Shown here: positions 36,001-49,631 of the stretch, piece after piece
How positions within the stretch are numbered: the stretch's first letter is position 1
Layout of the letters: the number at the start of each line of letters is the position of its first letter
Position numbers and translations under genes: made by a program
Notes under the pieces: generated by a model
The model's input: the letters and a program-made list of their open reading frames with translations, nothing else
The model's database searches: none
What the model was told of the DNA's origin: nothing
Source: Paraspadella gotoi
Taxonomy: Eukaryota; Animalia; Chaetognatha
DNA length: 64,000 bases
Direction of reading: 5' to 3'
Assembly (NCBI GenBank): GCA_051294375.1
Contig: JBJCIZ010001661.1
Location: forward strand, 4,812 to 68,811

Positions 36001-38567
36001 CAGATTTTTCTTATTTTTAATCCTGTGCAAACCTTTGCAAATATAAAATGATATTCTTTACATATATCCTATTCAATCTTTTTATAACGTTAAAAAGATT
36101 CGCACAGGATAGGATTGTGACAAAAATTATTAAATTTTTTTGATGCTATTTTTATTCCTGTGAGAGTTAAAACTGCACTAACAATACTAACATTGAGCTA
36201 TTTTTTTCCTGTGATGCAAATCTGTGCAAAATGATTTTTTTATATTTCAGAGAGTACATCAAATTGTTTTGCCTGCAGAGCAGGATTGCACAGCATTCCT
36301 GTGAAAATCTGTGGCAAATTGTTTATTCTTAATTTTTGTTAACGCCTAAATAGAAAAATAATTTTTTACTGTATGCAATCAAATAAAAAGTAATAAAAAA
36401 TTATATGGCGCTATTTTTATTCCTATTCAAATATGTAAAAATTGATTTTTTATAGATGCCAAGAAAGACAAACAAATTGTTGGCAAAGGATTGCCACGTT
36501 ACAACAAATCGTTAATTTATTTTTTTATTTGCACGGATTTACACAAGAAAATAATTTGTACTATAAAAATGTAAAGTTTTACACAGATTTTTTTTTGCAT
36601 TTCTGTACAGAATCTGGACAAATTAACTTTGTATTTGGTACAGGATTGCAAAGAAAGACAAACAAATTTTTTTTTGCACAGGACTGTACAGCATTACAAC
36701 AAATTGTTATTGTCCTTTTTTATGCTAAATCAAAAAAAAAACTTTTACTGGGGTGTTAATCGGTAAAAGGTTTCAAAATTATACTTGCGGTATTCTTATT
36801 CCTGTGCAAATCAGTGCAATTGATATTTTTTGCATAGGATTGCACAGCATTACACGACAAATCGTTAATTGTTAATATTTTATTTGTACCGATCTGCACA
36901 GGATAGGATTGTGCCCATAAAAATTTAAGTTGCACAATATATTTTAATTTTTAATTATGTACAAACCTTTGCAATATAATATGTATCATTTACATATATT
37001 CTATCAATCTTTTATAGAGTTAAAAAAAAAAATTCCCCCTAATCAAAATTACATTTTTTATGAAAAAAAACCCAAAAGGTGAAAAATGGCACTAAATACT
37101 AATATTGCATTATTCTTATTCCTGTGCAAATCTGTACAAATTATTTTTTCAGAAAGACAAACAATTTTTTTTCAACAGGAATGCACAGTATTCCTGTGCA
37201 AATCTGTACAAATTGATTTTTATTTTTCACAGGATTGCAAAGAAAGACAAACAAATTGTTCTTTGCACGGATTACACAGCATTCAAAATTGTTTTTTCTC
37301 ACACGACAATAAAAAAAAATATTTTCTCTCCTGTGCAATACATGTGCAAATGGATTTTTTTGCACAGGATTGCACAGAAAAACAAAAAATTGTTTGCAGA
37401 CAGGATTGCACAGCATTATAACAAATCGTTAATTCTATTTTTTTATTGCCACAGATTTGCACAGGAAATAATTTGTGCCATTAAAGTTAAAGTTTTGCAC
37501 AGATTTTTCTTATTTTTAATCCGTGCAAACCTTTGCAAATATAAAATGTATCTTTTACATATATCCTATTCAATCTTTTATAAAGTTAAAAAAAACTGTT
37601 TTGCCCCTAATCAAAATAAAAATCCTTCATGAAAAAAAGCCCTAAAAGTTAAAACTGCACTAAATACTTATATTGCACTATTTTAATTAATGTGCAAATC
37701 TGTACAAGTTTATTTTTTCAGAGAGACAAACATTTTTTTTTGCACAGGATTGCACAGCATTCTTGTACAATCTTTACAAATTGATTTTTTTATTTTGAAC
37801 AGGATTGCAAGAAAGACAAAAAATTGTTTTTTGTACAGGATTGCACAGCATTACAACAAATTTTTATTTCTCAAAAATATAATTGCGCTATTTTTCTCTC
37901 CTGTGTGCAAATCTGTACAAATTGATTTTTTATTTTGCACAGGATTACAACAAATCATTAATTCTATTTTTTTATTTAACACAGATTTGTACAGGAATAG
38001 AATTGTGCCAATAAAATTAAAGTTTTTCAAAATTTGTCATTTTTTTATAAAGTTTAAAATAAAACTGTTTGCCCAAAATCAAAATCAAAATCCTTAATGA
38101 ACTTTAAAAAGTAAAAACTGCACAACATACTAATATTGCGCTATTTTTATTGTGTGCAAATCTGAGCAAATTGATTTTTTCAGAGAGACAAACAAATTGT
38201 TTTTTGCACAGGATTGCACAGCATTATAACCAATAGATTTTATGCTCTTTTTTTTGCACAGGTTTGCACAGGAATAGGATTGTGCCATAACAATTTAATT
38301 TTTTGATGCTTTTTTATTCCTGTACAAATCTGTGCATAATGATTTTTTTCATTTTTGCACAGGATTGCAATAGAAAATCAAACAATATGTTTTTTGCACA
38401 GATTTGCACAGGAATAGGGATTGTGACAAAATATTTTAATTTTTTGATGCTATTTTTTTTACCTGTATCATTCAGGGCATAATATTTTTATTTTTATTTT
38501 TGTACAGGATTTCATAGAAAGTCAAACAAATGTTTTTTGCATAGGATTGCACAGCATTATAACAAAT
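30021..38567 (+). repeat. TGCACAG satellite (block 3), includes gaps 33578-34131 and 34563-34953 and a ~1447-bp higher-order repeat
   Basis: Same motifs as block 1; similar ORFs at 30205 and 31652 (offset 1447). Confidence 0.93.
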
Positions 38568-38723
38568 CGGACAGACAGACAGACGGATGGATGGACATCA
38601 TTTTTTTGCATAACTTATCATAATTTGATGTTCTGACATGATATGAGTGAATGCCCAACAAGATTGAGGGTTATAGAGTGAATATAGAGTCAGGATATGC
38701 TGATAAGCAGATCCGACTAAAAA
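38568..38723 (-). mobile_element. HINE family A 5' head fused to TGCACAG satellite
   Basis: GCAGATCCGACTAAAAA end, conserved core and GACA/GATG microsatellite; paralogous to 18213-19000. Confidence 0.8.
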
Positions 38724-39436
38724 CAAAATTAATAAAAAAATGAATTTTTACTTCTATTGATGGGTGGATTGAGATAAAAAAAATTTGTGTGGTGATTGAG
38801 CAGAATGGAATCGATGGATTTGAGCGAGCGGAGATGGAAAAAAAATTACATTTTCTCTCTCTCTCTCAGATAAAATGATTGATTGGCTGATTGCTTCCGA
38901 TGTTTGAGTGATTAAATTGAAATATTTTTTTTATTTATTTGTTAATAAAAACTGTTATGACTATTTTTACCATGATGGAAAAGTTATATAATAAACCAAA
39001 ACCACTATTTTTTTTATTGCCGTATGATTGATTGATTGATTGATGGCACTATTTTCACTATTTTCACAAAATTGATGATTATAGTCGAATAAAAAATGAC
39101 TATCATTGCATCAAAAATGACTATCATATCTTTCAATAAATGACTATCATTCTCAATAAATGATTATCTTCACATCAAATGATGCTTATTATCGCCCTGA
39201 ATGAATTATAATCATATATCAATAAAAAATTTTCTTTGAGAATTTTTAGAAATTTGTACAAGATTTGCAAAATCTATTTGCAAGTAATCAGCTGGTTTGT
39301 GTGTCTGTCAGTCTGTCCCACCTTAGTATTAAAAAAACCATAAACTTGGGTAAAAATTTTTTTGAATTATTGTTTGCTAAAATAGTATAATATATAAATG
39401 AGATGCTTCTTAAGCTTAAGCGCACAGATTTCAAAC

Positions 39437-41130
39437 TTGTGACACAGAATAGGCGCCCTACGGACCAGAGATTCTCTAAGAGATCTGTGACACCCAGTGG
39501 CGCCCACAACCGTGTCACAAATAATATTTTTTGTTTCTTAATCCCCATATTTAACCCCGCACTTAAAAGCCCCAGCCTTCCCCATATTTTCTTTAGATAC
39601 AAAGACAATTTTTCTTCTTTGTGACACAGTGTGGCGCCCACTGACCAAGAGATTCTCTAAAGGGATCTGTGACACCCAGTGGCGCCCACACCGTGTCACA
39701 AATAATATTTTTTTTGTTTCTTAATCCCATATTTAACCCCCGCACTTAAAAGCCCCAGCCTTCCCATATTTTTCTTTAGATACAAAGACAATTTTTCTCT
39801 TTGTGACACAGTGTGGCGCCCACTGACCAAGAGATTCTCTAAGGGATCTGTGACACCCAGTGGCGCCCACACCGTGTCACAAATAATATTTTTTTGTTTT
39901 CTTAATCCCCATATTTAACCCCCGCACTTAAAAGCCCAGCCTTCCCCATATTTTTCTTTAGATACAAAGACAATTTTTCTTCTTTGTGACACAGTGTGGC
40001 GCCCACTGACCAAGAGATTCTCTAAGGGATCTGTGACACCCAGTGCGCCACACCGTGTCACAATAATATTTTTTTGTTTCTTAATCCCCATATTTAACCC
40101 CCGCACTTAAAAGCCCCAGCCTTCCCCATATTTTTCTTTAGATACAAAGACAATTTTTCTTCTTTTGTGACACAGTGTGGCGCCCACTGACCAAGAGATT
40201 CTCTAAGGGATCTGTGACACCCAGTGGCGCCCACACCGTGTCACAAATAATATTTTTTTGTTTCTTAATCCCCATATTAACCCCCGCACTTAAAAGCCCC
40301 AGCCTTCCCAATATTTTTCTTTAGATACAAAGACAATTTTTCTTCTTTGTGACACAGTGTGGCGCCCACTGACCAAGAGATTCTCTAAGGATCTGTGGAC
40401 ACCCAGTGGCGCCCACACCGTGTCACAAATAATATTTTTTGTTTGTTCTTAATCCCCATATTTAACCCCCGCACTTAAAAGCCCCAGCCTTCCCCATATT
40501 TTTCTTTAGATACAAAGACAATTTTTCTTCTTTGTGACACAGTGGTGGCGCCCACTGACCAAGAGATTCTCTAAGGGATCTGTGACACCCAGTGGCGCCC
40601 AACACCGTGTCACAAAATAATATTTTTTTTGTTTCTTAATCCCCATATTTAACCCCGCACTTAAAAGCCCCAGCCTTCCCCATATTTTTCTTTAGATACA
40701 AAGACAATTTTTCTTCTTTGTGACACAGTGTGGCGCCCACTGACCAAGAGATTCTCTAAGGGATCTGTGACACCCAGTGGCGCCCACACGCGTGTCACAA
40801 ATAAATATTTTTTTGTTTCTTAATCCCCATATTTAACCCCCGCACTTAAAAAGCCCCAGCCTTCCCCATATTTTTCTTTAGATACCAAAGAACAATTTTC
40901 TTCTTTGTGACACAGTGTGGCGCCCACTGACCAAGAGATTCTCTAAGGATCTGTGACACCCAGTGGCGCCCACACCGTGTCAACAATAATATTTTTTTGT
41001 TTCTTAATCCCCATATTTAACCCCCGCACTTAAAAGCCCCAGCCTTCCCCATATTTTCTTTAGATACAAAGACAATTTTTCTTCTTTGTGACACAGTGTG
41101 GCGCCCACTGACCAAGAGATTCTCTAAGGG
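39437..41130 (+). repeat. 183-bp GTGACAC satellite array (~9 units)
   Basis: Tandem unit TTTGTGACACAGTGTGGCGCCCACTGACCAAGAG...CCCCAGCCTTCCCCATATTTTTCTTTAGATACAAAGACAATTTTTCTTC. Confidence 0.97.
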
Positions 41131-41155
41131 NNNNNNNNNNNNNNNNNNNNNNNNN
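41131..41155. other. Assembly gap (25 N) at the junction of a ~7-kb duplication
   Basis: Run of 25 N; the sequence after it repeats ~34215 onward. Confidence 0.95.
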
Positions 41156-44100
41156 ACAAAGAGAGAGAATATTTTTCTTATTTTAATCCTGTGCAAACCT
41201 TTGCAACATATACAAAATGTATCTTTTACATATATCCATTTCAAATTTTTAAAGTAAAAAGATTGTTGCACAGGAATAGGATTTGTGACAAAATATTATT
41301 GAATTTTTTGATGCTATTTTTATTTATTCTGTATAATTCAGGGCATAAATTCAATTTTTATTTTGCACAGGATTTCATAGAAAGTCAAACAAATTGTTTT
41401 TTGGGCATAGGATTTCACAGCTTACAACAAATCGTTAATTATATGTTTTATTTGCAAGGATTTGCATAAGAAATAGAGATAGTGCTATATAAATTTCAAA
41501 TTTTTTGCCCAGATTTCTTTTTTTTTTGCGTTTTCTGTACAAATCTGTACAAAAGTAATATTTTTGTATTTGTACAGGATTGCAAAGTTTTTTGCATAGA
41601 CTTGGCACAAGCATTATAATCAAATTGTTATTTTCTCTTTTTTATGCTAAATTAACCAAAATATTTTTTACTGTGTGCAAATAGGTGAAAGGTTTTAAAA
41701 ATTATATTTGCACTAATTTTATTCCTGTGCAAATCGGTGCAAATTGATATTTTTTGCACAGGATTGCACAGCATTACTACTAATAGTTATTTTTACTATT
41801 TTATTTGTACAGATTTGCACAGGAAACAGGATTGTGCCATAAAAATTTTAAGTTTTTGGCACAAGATTATTTTCATTTTAACCTGTGCAAACCTTTGGCA
41901 AATATTAATATGTATCATTTACATATATTCTATTCAATCTTCTATGAAGTTAAAAATTAATTTTTGCCCCTAATTCAAAAATGTTTTCTTGAATAAAAGC
42001 CCTGCAAAGTGAAAAATGGCACTAATACTAATATTGTCAGTTATTTTTTTTGCACAGGATTGCACAGGCATTCCTGTGTAAATCTAGGCAAATTGTTATT
42101 TCTCATTTTTTTTAATGCTGAATCGAAAAAAAGAATTTTTTAACTGTGGCAAATCAATAAAAAGTTAAAAAAAAAATAAATTGTGCTATTTTTTATTCCT
42201 ATACAAATCTGTGCAAAATAGATTTTTATTTTGTATTGGATTGCCCAGAAAGACAAACAAATTGTTTGCACAGGATTACAACATCATTACAACAAATCGT
42301 TATGTTCTCCTAAAATGGCAACTAATACTAATATTGCATTATTTTTATTCCTGTTTCAAATCTGTACAAATTATTTTTTCTTTATTATGGCACAGGATTG
42401 CAAAGAAAGACAAACAAATTGTTCTTTTGCACAGGATTGCACAGCATTTAAAAAACTGTTATTTCTCTTTTTTTTCAAGACAAATCAAAAAAAATAAAAT
42501 TTTTTTTACTGTGCAAATCGGTAAAAGTGTTTAAAAAAAATTAGAATTTTTATATTTTTCTTCCTGTGCAAATCTGTGCAAATTGATTTTTTTTGCACAG
42601 GATTGCACAAAACAAAAAATTGTTTGCACAGGATTGCACAGCATTATAACAAATTGTTAATTCTATTTTTTATTGCACAGATTTGCACAGGAAAATAATT
42701 TGTGCCATAAAAAGTTAAAGTTTTGCACAGATTTTTCTTATTTTTAATCCTGTGCAAACCTTTGCAAATATAAAAATGTAAATCTTTTACATATTATCCT
42801 ATTCAATCTTTTTATAACGTTAAAAAGATTCGCACAGGATAGGATTGTGACAAAAAGTATTTTAAATTTTTTTATGCTATTTTTATTCCTGTAGAGTTTA
42901 AAACTGCACTAAAAATACTAACATTGAGCTATTTTTATTCCTGTGGAAAAATCTGTGCCAAAATGATTTAATTTTTCAGAGAGAGCATACAAATTGTTTT
43001 TTGCACAGGATTGCACAGCATTCCTGTGCAAATCTGTGCAAAATTGTTTATTTCTAATTTTTCTAACGCTAAATAGAAAAAATAATTTTTTTTACTGTGC
43101 AAATCAATAAAAAGTATAAAAAATTATAATTGCCGCTATTTTTTATTCCTATTCAAATATGTAAAAATTGATTTTTTATAGATTGCAAGAAAGACAAACA
43201 AATTGTTTGCAAAGGATTGCAAGCGTTACAACAAATCGTTAATTTATTTTTTTATTTGCACGGATTTACACAAGAAAATAATTGTACTATAAAATGTAAA
43301 GTTTTACACAGATTTTTTTTTGCATTTCTGTACAAATCTGGACAAATTAACTTTTGTATTTTGGTACAGGATTGCAAAGAAAGACAAACAAATTTTTTTT
43401 TGCACAGGACTGTACAGCATTACAACAAATTGTTATTGTCTTTTTTATGCTAAATCAAAAAAAAAACTTTTACTGGTGTTAATCGGTAAAAGGTTTCAAA
43501 ATTATACTTGCGGTATTCTTATTCCTGTGCAAATCAGTGCAATTGATATTTTTTGCATAGGATTGCACAGCATTACAACAAATCGTTAATTGTTAACTAT
43601 TTTATTTGTACCCGGATCTGCACAGGATAGGATTGTGCCATAAAAATTTAAGTTGCACATATTATTTTAATTTTTTAATTATGTACAAACCTTTGCAAAT
43701 ATAATATGTATCATTTACATATATTCTATCAATCTTTTATAGAGTTAAAAAAAAAAATTTCCCCCTAATCAAAATTACATTTTTTTATGAAAAAAAACCC
43801 AAAAGTGAAAAAATGGCACTAAAATACTAATATTGCATTATTCTTATTCCTGTGCAAATCTGTACAAATTTATTTTTTCAGAAAGACAAACAATTTTTTT
43901 TCAACAGGAATGCACAGTATTCCTGTGCAAATCTGTACAAATTGATTTTTATTTTTCACAGGATTGCAAAGAAAGACAAACAAATTGTTCTTTGCACAGG
44001 ATTACACAGCATTCAAAAATTGTTATTTCTCCTTTTTTTCACGACAAATAAAAAAAAATATTTTTCATCCTGTGCAAATCTGTGCAAATGGATTTTTTTT

Positions 44101-45319
44101 GCACAGGATTGCACAGAAAAACAAAAAATTGTTTGCACAGGATTGCACAGCATTATAACAAATCGTTAATTCTATTTTTTTATTGCACAGATTTGCACAG
44201 GAAAATAATTTGTGCCATTAAAAGTTAAAGTTTTGCACAGATTTTTCTTATTTTTAATCCTGTGCAAACCTTTGCAAATATAAAATGTATCTTTTACATA
44301 TATCCTATTCAATCTTTTATAAAGTTAAAAAAACTGTTTTGCCCCTAATCAAAATAAAAATCCTTCATGAAAAAAAGCCCTAAAAAGTTAAAACTGCACT
44401 AAATACTTATATTGCACTATTTTTATTAATGTGCAAATCTGTACAAGTTTATTTTTTCAGAGAGACAAACATTTTTTTTGCACAGGATTGCACAGCATTC
44501 TTGTACAAATCTTTACAAATTGATTTTTTTTATTTTGAACAGGATTGCAAAGAAAGACAAAAAAATTGTTTTTTGTACAGGATTGCACAGCATTACAACA
44601 AATTTTTATTTCTCAAAAAATATAATTGCGCTATTTTTCTTCCTGTGCAAATCTGTACAAATTGATTTTTTATTTTGCACAGGATTACAACAAATCATTA
44701 ATTCTATTTTTTTATTTAACACAGATTTGTACAGGAATAGAATTGTGCCATAAAAATTAAAAGTTTTCAAAATTTGTCATTTTTTTATAAAGTTTAAAAT
44801 AAAAACTGTTTTGCCCAAAATCAAAATCAAAATCCTTTATGAAAAAACTTTAAAAAGTAAAAACTGCACAACATACTAATATTGCGCTATTTTTATTTGT
44901 GTGCAAATCTGAGCAAATTGATTTTTTCAGAGAGACAAACAAATTGTTTTTTGCACAGGATTGCACAGCATTATAACCAATAGATTTTTATGCTCTTTTT
45001 TTTGCACAGGTTTGCACAGGAATAGGATTGTGCCATAACAATTTAATTTTTTGATGCTCTTTTTATTCCTGTACAAATCTGTGCATAATGATTTTTTTCA
45101 TTTTTGCACAGGATTGCATAGAAAATCAAACAATATGTTTTTTGCACAGATTTGCACAGGAATAGGATTGTGACAAAATATTTTAATTTTTTGATGCTAT
45201 TTTTATTCCTGTATCATTCAGGGCATAATATTTTTATTTTTATTTTTGTACAGGATTTCATAGAAAGTCAAACAAATTGTTTTTTGCCAATAGGAATTGG
45301 CAGCAGCATTATAACAAAT
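41156..45319 (+). repeat. TGCACAG satellite (block 4), near-duplicate of ~34215-38567
   Basis: Colinear variants are shared (e.g. AAAGATTCGCACAGGATAGG at ~36094 and ~42824), differing mainly by indels. Confidence 0.92.
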
Positions 45320-45480
45320 CGGAACAGACCAGACGACGGATGGAATGGACGATCATTTTTTTTGCATAACTTATCATAATTTGATGTTCTGACATGATAT
45401 GAGTGAATGCCCAACAAGATTGAGGGTTATAGAGTGAACTATAGAGTCAGGATATGCTGATAAGCAGATCCGACTAAAAA
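45320..45480 (-). mobile_element. HINE family A 5' head fused to TGCACAG satellite (duplicate of 38568-38723)
   Basis: Same sequence as the 38568 copy. Confidence 0.8.
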
Positions 45481-46184
45481 CAAAATTTATAAAAAAATGA
45501 ATTTTTTACTTCTATTGATGGGTGGATTGAGATAAAAAAAATTTGTGTGTGATTGAGCAGAATGGAATCGATGGATTTGAGCGAGCGGAGATGGAAAAAA
45601 AATTACATTTTCTCTCTCTCTCTCAGATAAAATGATTGATTGGCTGATTGCTCCGATGTTTGAGTGATTAATTGAAATATTTTTTTATTTATTTGTTAAT
45701 AAAACTGTTATGACTATTTTTACCATGATGAAAAGTTATAATAAACCAAAACCACTATTTTTTTTATTGCCGTATGATTGATTGATTGATTGATCGCACT
45801 ATTTTCACTATTTTCACAAAATTGATGATTATAGTCGAATAAAAAATGACTATCATTGCATCAAAAAATGACTATCATCTCTTCAATAAATGACTATCAT
45901 TTCTCAATAAATGATTATCTTCACATCAATGAATGCTTATTATCGCCCTGAATGAATTATAATCATGATATCAATAAAAAATTTTCTTTGAGATTTTTAG
46001 AAATTTGTACAGATTTGCAAAATCTATTTGCAAGTAATCAGCTGGTTTGTGTGTCTGTCAGTCTGTCCCACTTAGTATTTAAAAACCAATAACTTGGGTA
46101 AAAATTTTTTTGAATTATTGTTTGCTAAAATAGTATAATATATAATGAGATGCTTCTTAAGCTTAATGCGCACAGATTTCAAAC

Positions 46185-49100
46185 TTGTGACACAGAATAG
46201 CGCCTACGGACCAAGAGATTCTCTAAGAGATCTGTGACACCCAGTGGCGCCCCACACCGTGTCACAAATAATATTTTTGTTTCTTAATCCCCATATTTAA
46301 CCCCGGCACTTAAACCCCAGCCTTCCCCATATTTTCTTTAGATACAAAGACAATTTTTTCTCTTTGTGACACAGTGTGGGCGCCCACTGGACCAAGAGAT
46401 TCTCTAAGGGATCTGTGACACCCAGTGGCGCCCCACCGTGTCACAAATAATATTTTTTTGTTTCTTAATCCCCATATTTAACCCCGCACTTAAAAGCCCA
46501 GCCTTCCCCATATTTTTTCTTTAGATACAAAGACAATTTTTCTTCTTTGTGACACAGTGTGGCGCCCACTGACCAAGAGATTCTCTAAAGGGATCTGTGA
46601 CACCCAGTGGCGCCCACACCGTGTCACAAATAATATTTTTTTGTTTCTTAATCCCCATATTTAACCCCCGCACTTAAAAGCCCAGCCTTCCCCATATTTT
46701 TCTTTAGATACAAAGACAATTTTTCTTCTTTGAACACAGTGTGGCGCCCACTGACCAAGAGATTCTCTAAGGGATCTGTGACACCCAGTGGCGCCCCACA
46801 CCGTGTCACAAATAATATTTTTTTGTTTCTTAATCCCCATATTTAACCCCCGCACTTAAAAGCCCCAGCCTTCCCCATTTTTCTTTAGATACAAAGACAA
46901 TTTTTTCTTCTTTGTGACACAGTGTGGCGCCCACTGACCAAGAGATTCTCTAAGGGATCTGTGACACCCAGTGGCGCCCACACCGTGTCACAAAATAATA
47001 TTTTTTTGTTTCTTAATCCCATATTTAACCCCCGCACTTAAAAGCCCCAGCCTTCCCATATTTTTCTTTAGATACAAAGACAATTTTTCTTCTTTGTGAC
47101 ACAGTGTGGCGCCCACTGACCAAGAGATTCTCTAAGGGATCTGTGACACCCAGTGGCGCCCACACCGTGTCACAAATAATATTTTTTGTTTCTTAATCCC
47201 CATATTTAACCCCCGCACTTAAAAGCCCCAGCCTTCCCCATATTTTTTCTTTAGATACAAAGACAATTTTTCTTCTTTGTGACACAGTGGTGGCGCCCCA
47301 CTGACCAAGAGATTCTCTAAGGGATCTGTGACACCCAGTGGCGCCACACCGTGTCACAAATAATATTTTTTTGTTTCTTAATCCCCATATTTAACCCCCG
47401 CACTTAAAAGCCCCAGCCTTCCCCATATTTTTCTTTAGATACAAAGACAATTTTTCTTCTTTGTGACACAGTGTGGCGCCCACTGACCAAGAGATTCTCT
47501 AAGGGATCTGTGACACCCAGTGGCGCCCACACCGTGTCACAAATAATATTTTTTTGTTTCTTAATCCCCATATTTAACCCCCGCACTTAAAAAGCCCCAG
47601 CCTTCCCCATATTTTTCTTTAGATACAAAGACAATTTTTCTTCTTTGTGACACAGTGTGGCGCCCACTGACCAAGGAGATTCTCTAAGGGATCTGTGACA
47701 CCCAGTGGCGCCCACACCGTGTCACAATAATATTTTTTTTGTTTCTTAATCCCCATATTTAACCCCCGCACTTAAAAGCCCCAGCCTTCCCCATATTTTT
47801 CTTTAGATACAAAGACAATTTTTCTTCTTTGTGACACAGTGTGGCGCCCACTGACCAAGAGATTCTCTAAGGGATCTGTGACACCCAGTGGCGCCCACAC
47901 CGTGTCACAAATAATATTTTTTTGTTTCTTAATCCCCATATTTAACCCCCGCACTTAAAAGCCCCAGCCTTCCCCATATTTTTCTTTAGATACAAAGACA
48001 ATTTTTCTTCTTTGTGACACAGTGTGGCGCCCACTGACCAAGAGATTCTCTAAGGGATCTGTGACACCCAGTGGCGCCCACACCGTGTCACAAATAATAT
48101 TTTTTTGTTTCTTAATCCCCATATTTAACCCCCGCACTTAAAAGCCCCAGCCTTCCCCATATTTTTCTTTAGATACAAAGACAATTTCTTCTCTTGTGAC
48201 ACAGTGTGGCGCCCACTGACCAAGAGATTCTCTAAGGGATCTGTGACACCCAGTGGCGCCCCACACCGTGTCACAAATAATATTTTTTTGTTTCTTAATC
48301 CCCATATTTAACCCCGCACTTAAAAGCCCCAGCCTTCCCCATATTTTTCTTTAGATACAAAGACAATTTTTCTTCTTTGTGACACAGTGTGGCGCCCACT
48401 GACCAAGAGATTCTCTAAGGGATCTGTGACACCCAGTGGCGCCCACACCGTGTCACAAATAATATTTTTTTGTTTCTTAATCCCATATTTAACCCCCGCA
48501 CTTAAAAGCCCCAGCCTTCCCCATATTTTTCTTTAGATACAAAGACAATTTTTCTTCTTTGTGACACAGTGTGGCGCCCACTGACCAAGAGATTCTCTAA
48601 GGGATCTGTGACACCCAGTGGCGCCCACACCGTGTCACAAATAATATTTTTTTGTTTCTTAATCCCCATATTTAACCCCCGCACTTAAAAGCCCCAGCCT
48701 TCCCCATATTTTTCTTTAGATACAAAGACAATTTTTCTTCTTTGTGACACAGTGTGGCGCCCACTGACCAAGAGATTCTCTAAGGGATCTGTGACACCCA
48801 GTGGCGCCCACACCGTGTCACAAATAATATTTTTTTGTTTCTTAATCCCCATATTTAACCCCGCACTTAAAAGCCCCAGCCTTCCCATATTTTTCTTTAG
48901 ATACAAAGACAATTTTTCTTCTTTGTGACACAGTGTGGCGCCCATGACCAAGAGATTCTCTAAGGGATCTGTGACACCCAGTGGCGCCACACCGTGTCAC
49001 AAATAATATTTTTTTGTTTCTTAATCCCCATATTTAACCCCCGCACTTAAAAGCCCCAGCCTTCCCCATATTTTTCTTTAGATACAAAGACAATTTTTCT

Positions 49101-49394
49101 TCTTTGTGACACAGTGTGTGGGCCCACTGACCAAGAGATTCTCTAAGGGATCTGTGACACCCAGTGGCGCCCACACCGTGTCACAAATAAATATTTTTTT
49201 GTTTCTTAATCCCCATATTTAACCCCCGCACTTAAAAGCCCCAGCCTTCCCCATATTTTTCTTTAGATACAAAGACAATTTTTCTTCTTTGTGACACAGT
49301 GTGGCGCCCACTGACCAAGAGATTCTCTAAGGGATCTGTGACACCCAGTGGCGCCCACACCGTGTCACAAATAATATTTTGTTTCTTAATCCCC
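46185..49394 (+). repeat. 183-bp GTGACAC satellite array (~17 units, highly homogeneous)
   Basis: Identical ORFs at 47772 and 47955 (offset 183); units differ almost only by 1-bp indels. Confidence 0.97.
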
Positions 49395-49432
49395 TTTTTT
49401 AACAATAATATTTTTTTGTATCTTCAGTAAAA

Positions 49433-49630
49433 ATGGGGAAGGCTGGGGCTTTTAGTGCGGGGGTTAAAAATGGGGATTAACAAACACAAAAATATCAATT
49501 GTTACACCGGATGTGACACGATGTGACACGATGTGACACGATGTGACACTATGTGACATGATGTGACATGATATGACAAGATGTGACAAGATGTTACATG
49601 ATGTGACGATATGTGTCACTGGGCATTAAG
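49433..49630. repeat. Inverted partial 183-bp unit followed by 10-bp minisatellite (ATGTGACACG)n
   Basis: 49433-49510 is the reverse complement of the unit's C-tract block; a tandem 10-mer runs from 49511 to 49610. Confidence 0.9.
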
Positions 49631-49631
49631 A

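Noticed and set aside
50-45379. Numerous Cys/Lys/Phe-rich ORFs (LCKSVQ, AQDCTA, CTGLH motifs)
   Set aside because: They are translations of the TGCACAG satellite in all six frames: short and without frame conservation.
46661-48990. Tandem identical 60-aa ORFs
   Set aside because: A by-product of the 183-bp period; non-ATG starts, broken by indels in many units.
39437-49394. CRISPR-like array
   Set aside because: The whole 183-bp unit is repeated, with no unique spacers and no cas genes; the context is eukaryotic.
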